From positions 62,001 through 126,000 of IMG/VR virus record IMGVR_UViG_3300036766_002181: a stretch of DNA of 64,000 bases. One strand, 5' to 3'. Below are positions 55,991 to 63,248 of this stretch, piece by piece. The notes under the pieces were generated by a model. The model was not told the origin of the DNA and searched no databases. It saw only the letters and a program-made list of their open reading frames with translations. The number at the start of each line of letters is the position of its first letter. Positions within the stretch are counted from its first letter, which is position 1. A program made the position numbers and the translations under genes.

Positions 55991-57580
55991 ATGAATTTCT
56001 CTATAATAAATAGAAACACGACGAGGATAACCTATGAAGAGGCGAGAAAAAGATTCGAAGAATACCATCCAGATATTATTCTGCTTGAAAATGGGTATAT
56101 GGGCTGGAGGAAGCCTGCTTGTTTCTTTGATAGAATTATAAATAAACCATTTTCAGGGTGCAGGCCAAAGGATGTACTTCGTTTTAAATCGGTGCATCCT
56201 GATAGACGCAAAGAAAAACAAAAAAAATCATATAGAAAAACTTTAGAAAAACGACCAAAAAAAGAAATAAAACCAAAAAGAACATGGAAAGAAGTGGTCG
56301 AAAGTAGAAAAAAAACAATGAAACAAAAATATGGATTTGAGAATCCCTCTCAAATAAAAGAATTTCAAGAAAAGAAAAAGATAACAAGTCTAAAAAATTG
56401 GGGTGTTATATCTCCGTTGTCTCTTGGATCGGAAATTCGTAAAACAATTGTTAAAACAAATATTAATAAATACGGTGGCAAATCTCCAAGCCATTCAATT
56501 GAAGTTCGCAAAAAAATGAAAGAAACAAATTTAAGAAAATATGGAGTAGAATATTATTCTCAAAGCAAAAAACGCAATTTTGATACGTCAAAAAAAATAT
56601 TATTAAATGATGGGATCACGCTATTAACAATTAAAGAATTTTTTAAAAAATATATTGTTAAGCCGTGGCCAACAAAGGCTACAAATGTACACTGGTTTCC
56701 TGGCCAGGAAATTATCAACGAATCGAATATGATGGAAAAAATAAAAGTTTATCAAAGTCACAAAACAGGATTAGAACATCTGTTTCAAAATCTTTCTGGT
56801 CTATCTCACTTTAATAAAAAGCCAAAAAAAATCAAAAGACTTTTTCGACCAGACTTTTGTTTAAATGATAATGTTTTTGTTAATGTGGATGGACTTTATT
56901 GGCACAGCGAAAAATACCATAATAAACACAGTCACAAAGAAGTAAGAGAATCTTTTGAAGAGGCCCAATTAAGAATTTTGCAGTTTAGAGAAAACGAAGT
57001 ACGACATAATTTTCCAATTGTTTGGTCGATTTGCCAAAATTCTATAGGAAACACAAAAGATAAAATTTTTGCTAGAAAATGCTATATAGAAAAAATTTCT
57101 CAAAAAGAAGCCAATAGTTTTTTACTTAAAAATCATTTAAAGGGAAGCAAAAATGCAAAACATTTTGGTTTAAAAACAAAAGATAATAATGTTTTGGTAT
57201 CTGTTATGTCTTATAAAATCATAAAAAACATTTGTAAAATTGAACGCTTTTGTTCTGTAATAAATACAAATATAGTTGGTGGATTTGGCAAGCTTCTAAA
57301 AATAATAGAAACCAATCTACCGAAAGAATGTACGGCTATTCATTATTGGGTTGATTTAAGATATGGTATAGGAAAATTTTTAACAAACTTTAATTTTATT
57401 CATAAACGAGATACAATTGGGTGGGAATGGACCGATGGATATAGTTGCTTTAACCGTCTTAGGTGTGTCGCCGAAAAGGAATATTCTGAAAAAGAAAATG
57501 CTAAAAGAAAAGGAATCTTTCGTATTTATGATTCAGGACAACGATTATGGGAAAAGAAACTTATCGATGAATCAGAATAA
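55991..57580 (+). mobile_element. Hef-like endonuclease: KYG repeats, Vsr/PD-(D/E)xK-like core, C-terminal GNAT-like module
   Basis: KYGFENPSQ / KYGGKSPS / KYGVEYYSQ repeats; RPDF...VDGLYWHS; FL.KNHLKG...IERFC...GGFGKL...RIYDSG; AGGA SD before the ATG at 55991. Confidence 0.75.
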
Positions 57581-58112
57581 GAGATTATTTGCCTATGACT
57601 TTGACAGTACCCTTGTCACGGATATGGGCCCAAAAATGTGGGTTGTTAAGATAACTGGTGAAAAGATACCAATTGGCCAAACTGATTACCAAAATGAAAT
57701 TTATAAGTTAAAGCCGGGAGAATACATAGATTCTAGCGAATATACGGATGTAGAAGATCCTGTTCTTCACCTAGACATACTTGAATCCTTAAAATCAAAT
57801 CTATCAGAGTCCTGCATTCTTACGGCAAGAACCGAGGCAAGTCCTGTTAGGAGATTCATGAATAAGCTGGGAATATACGTTCCAGTAATTGCTGCCGTTG
57901 GCATACACAATAAACACCATGATTCTGTTAAACTTAATGCCCACAGAAAAAAGTCTTGGCTAGATCAAGAGATTTCTAAAACAAGAATAACCTATCTAGA
58001 AGTCTGGGATGACAATTTGACTAATTTAATTGTTATTAAAACACTAACAGAAAAATATCCAGAATTAACAATAAATGTTAACCTGGTAGATCACAAAGTC
58101 GAAGGAAAATAG
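57567..58112 (+). CDS. HAD-superfamily phosphatase
   Basis: YDFDSTL motif I, ILTAR motif II, K, WDDN motif IV; start MNQNKR at 57567. Confidence 0.85.
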   Translation: MNQNKRLFAYDFDSTLVTDMGPKMWVVKITGEKIPIGQTDYQNEIYKLKPGEYIDSSEYTDVEDPVLHLDILESLKSNLSESCILTARTEASPVRRFMNKLGIYVPVIAAVGIHNKHHDSVKLNAHRKKSWLDQEISKTRITYLEVWDDNLTNLIVIKTLTEKYPELTINVNLVDHKVEGK

Positions 58113-58119
58113 ATTCTTC

Positions 58120-58347
58120 TTATTTTCCTTTAGGAGTGGCCTTGGTGACGGCCTTTTTCTTTGAGTCTTGAATAACCTCATTAAGAGATTCTCGAATCAT
58201 TTTTCTAAGCTCGTCTATTGAAAGCTTCTTTCCTTCTTTTTGAACAGGCAATTGTTTCTTTGCCTTTTGAACAGATTCTTTGACCATCTTCTTTACAAGG
58301 GCCACGAATTGTTGCTCCGTTAGCTTAATTTCTTTGTTTTTTGTCAT
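58120..58347 (-). CDS. Small basic late protein (scaffold/internal-protein-like)
   Basis: IKLTE, MVKES, MIRESLNE motifs; late-promoter motif at 58366-58373. Confidence 0.6.
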   Translation of the reverse strand: MTKNKEIKLTEQQFVALVKKMVKESVQKAKKQLPVQKEGKKLSIDELRKMIRESLNEVIQDSKKKAVTKATPKGK

Positions 58348-58462
58348 ATTTGTTTATTCTCTTATTTAAATAGCCTATATTAGGCTTAAGCATCATTCTG
58401 CTTAGGATTAAGTATCCATAATAAGAATGAAATAGTAATATAAAAACAACGAGGTATTTTTA

Positions 58463-59164
58463 ATGAATAAAAACAGCATGTGTCTTCTTTTTTTCTGTCT
58501 TGCAACTCTGACATCCCTATCTTTTATTGGGGGGTGTGATGGTGGCTTTGATGTTGATACAGGCCAGGATAATACGCCCCAGCATTCAGACTGCACTCAT
58601 CAAACCTATTTTGAAAGAGACTTTCAGGGAAATGGGATATTCCTAGATCCTGTAACCTTGCAACCATATGAGATGACCATTGATGTTGAAAACTTTGAAG
58701 ACTATTTTGGTCTATCTGCGAAACAAACAGCAGAATTTGCCTATTATCTAACCCGGGCTCATAAGAATCTTGGTCTGCCTCATAATGACCTGGTTTATAA
58801 GTATCTAAAATCTGGTCACTATGTCGTTGTTAATGATGACGAAGTTTTTGGTCAGCTTTGGGGAGATCAAGAGGCTGCAAAACATATAGGTGCCTTTGTT
58901 AATTTCTCAAGACGACACTGCTATGAAATTCCAAGAGGAGCAGTTTGGTCCTCTGTTATTCGAGCCCAATATTGGAATCTAAGAGGATCCAATGTTATAG
59001 TTCACGAAATGATTCACATGGTTTCATCGGCCACCTTTGGCGATTCTGATTCTGACCACAAAAATCCTTTGCTATGGGATTTCTTGGATAAGCAAAAATC
59101 CTTAATGGCAGAAACCTTTAGAGAATACGAAAGGGATCACGGAAATGTTCTTCCGTATAACTGA
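58463..59164 (+). CDS. Lipoprotein with zincin HExxH motif
   Basis: Lipobox-like FIGG-C after a hydrophobic stretch; IVHEMIH...DHKNPLLW; GAGGT SD. Confidence 0.7.
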   Translation: MNKNSMCLLFFCLATLTSLSFIGGCDGGFDVDTGQDNTPQHSDCTHQTYFERDFQGNGIFLDPVTLQPYEMTIDVENFEDYFGLSAKQTAEFAYYLTRAHKNLGLPHNDLVYKYLKSGHYVVVNDDEVFGQLWGDQEAAKHIGAFVNFSRRHCYEIPRGAVWSSVIRAQYWNLRGSNVIVHEMIHMVSSATFGDSDSDHKNPLLWDFLDKQKSLMAETFREYERDHGNVLPYN

Positions 59165-59939
59165 TAGCAAGCGCAACAATCCCTATTTTAAAGAAGCCCT
59201 TATAAGACACCTAACCATACTTTCTGTTTGTCTTGGTATTTTATTTGTTCCCCTGTTTATACCAAAAACCGTTCAGGCCTATCAACAAAGAGCCCCCTAT
59301 GTTTCAAAAACAAAACAGGTTTTTGAATACTTCACAAAGCCAAATCCCAATGCATCTTCTAGCTGCATGACCGTTCCAAGTTTTTATTACAAGGAAGATG
59401 ATTTTGGGGTTTATTTTGATGTTATTAATAGTGATAGATTTTTTATTACCCAAATAGAAAGTCAAATACACCTTGATACTGATAAAACCCTATCCGAGGA
59501 TCAGGCCTCTTATTTGCTTTATTTGACCTATGAGGTTGTAACAAAAGAAGAATATAAGAATTTGTCAAAAGACAAAAAAGAAGAACTTTATCACATGTTA
59601 AACAATGTTATGATTGTTGTTTTAAGGGACGAAAAAACAACAAATGCCTTTTGGACCTTTGATAGATCCTATGTTTTATGGGCAGCCATGGACCTGCCTG
59701 ATTATGCCTGCTTTAAAACATCGCCAAAAGCCAAGTGGTTTATGGGAATAACCGGGGAGAGATTTATTAAAAAAGATCCTTCTACCGTTATTCATGAGAT
59801 AATGCATGCTGTTTCCTATGTGATTTATGGACGGAATTTTGATGTTGATCACAAGAATCCAAAACTCTGGACAGACGTTGGAAAAGACAGATCCCTGCAA
59901 TCAAGGGTTTTAAAAAAGTTTCGTCAATATCCTCTATAA
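59145..59939 (+). CDS. Membrane-anchored zincin-like protein, paralogue of the upstream gene
   Basis: TM ILSVCLGILFVPLFI; VIHEIMH...DHKNPKLW. Confidence 0.7.
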   Translation: MFFRITDSKRNNPYFKEALIRHLTILSVCLGILFVPLFIPKTVQAYQQRAPYVSKTKQVFEYFTKPNPNASSSCMTVPSFYYKEDDFGVYFDVINSDRFFITQIESQIHLDTDKTLSEDQASYLLYLTYEVVTKEEYKNLSKDKKEELYHMLNNVMIVVLRDEKTTNAFWTFDRSYVLWAAMDLPDYACFKTSPKAKWFMGITGERFIKKDPSTVIHEIMHAVSYVIYGRNFDVDHKNPKLWTDVGKDRSLQSRVLKKFRQYPL

Positions 59940-59998
59940 AACTCTATGTGATTGGTCAAAAATCTTGCCGTTAAGGCCGCCAGGAGCCCTTCTAAGAC

Positions 59999-60057
59999 GT
60001 TGAGTGTTCCCTGCCCTTACCCGAGGACACTCAACTATCGGTGGTCTTTAAAAGACC
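59999..60057. terminator. Stem-loop plus palindrome between convergent genes
   Basis: GTTGAGTGT (59999-60007) / ACACTCAAC (60027-60035) stem; GGTCTTT-A-AAAGACC (60043-60057). Confidence 0.5.
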
Positions 60058-60062
60058 TGGAA

Positions 60063-60473
60063 TTATGAGTTAATAGGAATATTGAGATATTCAAAAAGAG
60101 CCTTATTATATTCTTTAAAGGAACATTCTGGCCTGGTAATCTCGAAAGGATATACCCATTTGATTATGGCTCCATCCTCTAAAGAGGTAGGAGTTTCTTC
60201 GTAATCTTTTATCAGGAAAGTATGACTTTGAAAGATGCCGCATGGATACTGAAAAATCCTCTCCATGCCAATAACAGATATCCCAATTTCCTCTTTTAGT
60301 TCCCTACACATTGCTTCTTCTAAAGATTCTCCGTCTTCTACTTTGCCCCCTGGCAGACCTGTGTCTTTATGATTATTCTTTCTTGATATGGCCAAGAGAA
60401 GCCTGTCGTTGTTATTTCCTTGCCAGATTAAACCAACAACAGCCTGTGGCCACTTCTCCAACAAGGTGATCAT
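60063..60473 (-). CDS. Nudix hydrolase
   Basis: Nudix box GLPGGKVEDGESLEEAMCRELKEEIGI. Confidence 0.93.
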   Translation of the reverse strand: MITLLEKWPQAVVGLIWQGNNNDRLLLAISRKNNHKDTGLPGGKVEDGESLEEAMCRELKEEIGISVIGMERIFQYPCGIFQSHTFLIKDYEETPTSLEDGAIIKWVYPFEITRPECSFKEYNKALFEYLNIPINS

Positions 60474-60537
60474 GTTTGTTTAATAATAAATAAACAACAG
60501 AGCCCAAACGGCAGCCACAATTGTTACATATAACATT

Positions 60538-60735
60538 TCAGTTAAATCCAATACGCCTTTTGCCACCAAGAGAAGGATCGTCTTTTTTTCTATTTTCTCG
60601 TCGAGAAGCAAGAAATGGGCTTGAAGTTATCGTATGATTGTCTCTGTTACGATCATCCCATTCAAGAAAAAGCCATGAGGCTACCAAGACCAATACGGCT
60701 CCTGTAATCGTTCCACAAATAAAGGTCCATAACAT
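60538..60735 (-). CDS. Small single-TM protein (65 aa)
   Basis: TFICGTITGAVLVLVASWLFL. Confidence 0.6.
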   Translation of the reverse strand: MLWTFICGTITGAVLVLVASWLFLEWDDRNRDNHTITSSPFLASRRENRKKDDPSLGGKRRIGFN

Positions 60736-60744
60736 AATATTTTT

Positions 60745-60885
60745 TTATTTCCTACTTGTTTGTTTCTTTCGACGGCGAAATTGCCGTTCTTGAATTTGAT
60801 GTTCGGATGGCCACAGGGCAAGGATCATATAAACCATACCATACCAGGCAACGCAATAGGCAAGAATTAACAATGAACCCATCAT
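60745..60885 (-). CDS. Small single-TM protein (46 aa), not in the ORF track
   Basis: MMGSLLILAYCVAWYGMVYMILALWPSEHQIQERQFRRRKKQTSRK; ATGA coupling. Confidence 0.55.
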   Translation of the reverse strand: MMGSLLILAYCVAWYGMVYMILALWPSEHQIQERQFRRRKKQTSRK

Positions 60886-60971
60886 AGATTCTTATTTGCC
60901 CAAAAGATAAAGACTCCTGACACGACAAGGCCAATAGCCACTCCAAGAACAATTGCTCCAATGCTATACAT
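60882..60971 (-). CDS. Small single-TM protein (29 aa), not in the ORF track
   Basis: MYSIGAIVLGVAIGLVVSGVFIFWANKNL. Confidence 0.5.
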   Translation of the reverse strand: MYSIGAIVLGVAIGLVVSGVFIFWANKNL

Positions 60972-61013
60972 GATTTTTGTTTCCTTTCAAAATTGCCAAA
61001 TAGAAGCCCTCAT

Positions 61014-61403
61014 TTAGTTGATTTCCTTATCTGTTCCCAGGCACTTCCTACAGGCCCACTTCTTTGGATCATGGATCTGATCTCCCTCAACATGGATTGC
61101 AACATACCCAACCTTTCGTGCCCTGTCTGCTGCAATGCCAGCATCCCTGCCTGTCTTGCCTGAAAGACTTCCACAGAAGTCACAGACAACCTCCCAAACC
61201 GTTCGTGGCCTAAAGGAATAGGATTCCTCTTCTTGCTCCTGTCGTTGTTGTTGCTGCTCGCCAGTGACTTCATCTGACGTTGATGAATCCTCTGATTCAA
61301 ATCTCTGACTCTGACGACGAGACATGCTCTTTCTTCCTTTCCCGTTGCCTCTCTTGTTATCAGAGCGAGGCTCAAAGGGTTGAAGTTTTTCTTGAATTGC
61401 CAT
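61014..61403 (-). CDS. Zinc-ribbon protein with charged N-terminal tail
   Basis: VVCDFCG...WACRKC. Confidence 0.6.
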   Translation of the reverse strand: MAIQEKLQPFEPRSDNKRGNGKGRKSMSRRQSQRFESEDSSTSDEVTGEQQQQRQEQEEESYSFRPRTVWEVVCDFCGSLSGKTGRDAGIAADRARKVGYVAIHVEGDQIHDPKKWACRKCLGTDKEIN

Positions 61404-61440
61404 AATTTATATGTAACCTATTCTTTCTTTTTCTTTTTTG

Positions 61441-62118
61441 TTAGAACCAAAAATGTAAGGAAAACAACTTAGACCAGAATCCTGAAATTTTAGATGTTCC
61501 GTGGGCCATATTACTGCCATCAAGCCTAGCATTCCCTGTTATTTCTGCATTGCCTATAACCGTAGCATGGCCAGAGACTTCTGCGTTGCCCTTGACCCAG
61601 GCCCGATCAGAAACATGACCAAAATCAGAAACCAAGGCTTTATCAGAAACAATTGCATTGTCACTAATAAAGGCACAATCCCTAATATATGCATGATCTT
61701 TTACACAGACCCGGCGTGCCATAAAGACAGAACCACAAACCCTGGCATTACCACAGACTGAGGCATGATCATAAATTTCGGCCAGATCATAAACCTTGGC
61801 ACGATCAAAAACCGTGGCATACCTGCCAACATAGGCCGTAGGAGCCACATAGGCTGTATCTGCTACCCAGCCGCCGCCATTAACGTGGCGATGCGCAGGA
61901 ACAGGACCATTGCCACTGAGAAAATCATGAAAATTGTCTGTTGTGTCTGGAAACAATTTTGATGAAGGCACAAGGAGTCTTCTATTTTCTTCGAATGCAT
62001 CGAAGAGATTTTCAATAGGCTCGCTTGAAAGAGATGCCTTGGTGTGTCTTATATCCAAGGGAGGCCTTTTCTTAGATTGCCTTTTCTTTTTCTTTGAAGA
62101 TTTCACAAGGGTTGTCAT
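61441..62118 (-). CDS. Hexapeptide-repeat (left-handed beta-helix) protein
   Basis: GGGWVADTAYVAPTAYVG, then repeated A.V..(N/D/H/K) hexapeptides. Confidence 0.85.
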   Translation of the reverse strand: MTTLVKSSKKKKRQSKKRPPLDIRHTKASLSSEPIENLFDAFEENRRLLVPSSKLFPDTTDNFHDFLSGNGPVPAHRHVNGGGWVADTAYVAPTAYVGRYATVFDRAKVYDLAEIYDHASVCGNARVCGSVFMARRVCVKDHAYIRDCAFISDNAIVSDKALVSDFGHVSDRAWVKGNAEVSGHATVIGNAEITGNARLDGSNMAHGTSKISGFWSKLFSLHFWF

Positions 62119-62135
62119 AATGCGTGTATGCTCTC

Positions 62136-62438
62136 CTAGTAGGACATTAGTCTTGAGAAGATTTGAATTCTCTCATTTTCTGAAATATCAGGAATGGTTT
62201 CCTGTCTACAAAGTTCCCTTGGAACATCATGCAAAATCTGATTGCAGGATACTCGAATCCAGCCTGGTCCCTTGTCAGGAGAGGGATCATTTAAGACATT
62301 AACAGGAAACCAACCATTTCTAAATTTTACAAACATGTTATTCAACGACAAATTCTTTCTTTGCTTCCTTGATATGCTGAAGAGTAATATCCAACATTTT
62401 CTCTGCCTTGTCAAGGGCATCCTTTTTTGCAGTCTCAA
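62136..62438 (-). CDS. Small hypothetical protein; likely only the C-terminal MFVKFRNGWFP... portion is real
   Basis: SH3-like FRNGWFPVNVL...WIRV; overlaps the upstream gene. Confidence 0.4.
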   Translation of the reverse strand: MRLQKRMPLTRQRKCWILLFSISRKQRKNLSLNNMFVKFRNGWFPVNVLNDPSPDKGPGWIRVSCNQILHDVPRELCRQETIPDISENERIQIFSRLMSY

Positions 62439-62610
62439 TATCTTTGGAAGTGCCCTCTGCTATCCTATTCATTTCTTCGCCATGACCAGGTGTCTCTATA
62501 TACCAATATCCGCTTTTTGCAACATACAAATCAAGCGGACCAAAGGTTATTTCCCATTCGTCTTTGCGGCCATAGGCTTTATTCCAGACGTATCTTTTCA
62601 CGTTCTCCAT
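62338..62610 (-). CDS. Hypothetical protein
   Basis: 90-aa ORF, WYIE...AEGT.KD.ETAKKDA. Confidence 0.55.
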   Translation of the reverse strand: MENVKRYVWNKAYGRKDEWEITFGPLDLYVAKSGYWYIETPGHGEEMNRIAEGTSKDIETAKKDALDKAEKMLDITLQHIKEAKKEFVVE

Positions 62611-62682
62611 ATTATCACCCTTTTCTAAAATGTCAAGAAAATATGACTTGGCCTACTACCTTTCCCTACATGGCATTTGTGG

Positions 62683-63198
62683 TTATAGATCATAAACGGT
62701 GACATCTAGACCGCCCAATGTACGAAGAATAATGGGTTCTATTTGAACCCAGGAGGCACCACCCAAGCCAGTGCCTATTCGGGGCATATGAATGGTTCTG
62801 CTTTCGCTAGTCCTTACTATATTGGCCACCTTTGTAAGACACTGTTCTAGGGCCTCATAGCTAAGTGGAGGTTTGGCATTTGGCTCCTTAGAAGAGTAAT
62901 GAAGGTTGGTATTGTTTTTTCCATATCCATTCTGTGCCAGCATATTAATGACGTTTAAATTCTGCTCAACTTGAATATTTTGAATATTTCCCAACTGAAA
63001 GGTTCCATAGATTGGATGTTCCTGTACCCTGAACCATTCTCGATAGGCTCTTTCTGGCTCAAACCAACGTGCCGATATGGCCAGCACCACGCCACGACCC
63101 CAACCTCCCCGATTATTGCATACATGAATGATATAATGCTCGCCAGTGCCGTTGGCCTCTGGCCTTGTAACGTCTCCCTGCTTATAGGTTATTGTCAC
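62683..63198 (-). CDS. Macrodomain (Poa1p/TARG1/DarG-like ADP-ribose processing)
   Basis: YKQGDVT, IIHVCNNRGGWGRGV, NMLAQ, YEAL..CL, IHMPRIGTGLGG.SW. Confidence 0.92.
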   Translation of the reverse strand: MTITYKQGDVTRPEANGTGEHYIIHVCNNRGGWGRGVVLAISARWFEPERAYREWFRVQEHPIYGTFQLGNIQNIQVEQNLNVINMLAQNGYGKNNTNLHYSSKEPNAKPPLSYEALEQCLTKVANIVRTSESRTIHMPRIGTGLGGASWVQIEPIILRTLGGLDVTVYDL

Positions 63199-63248
63199 AA
63201 TAAAACAATAATAACATCGTTAAGCAAAAAGATATACCACCATCTTTA

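Noticed and set aside
61010-61375. Alternative-frame ORF overlapping 61014-61403 (and similarly 15698-16030, 17214-17414, 60752-60961)
   Set aside because: The competing frame has recognisable motifs (CxxC pairs, TM helices) or translational coupling; these look like shadow ORFs.
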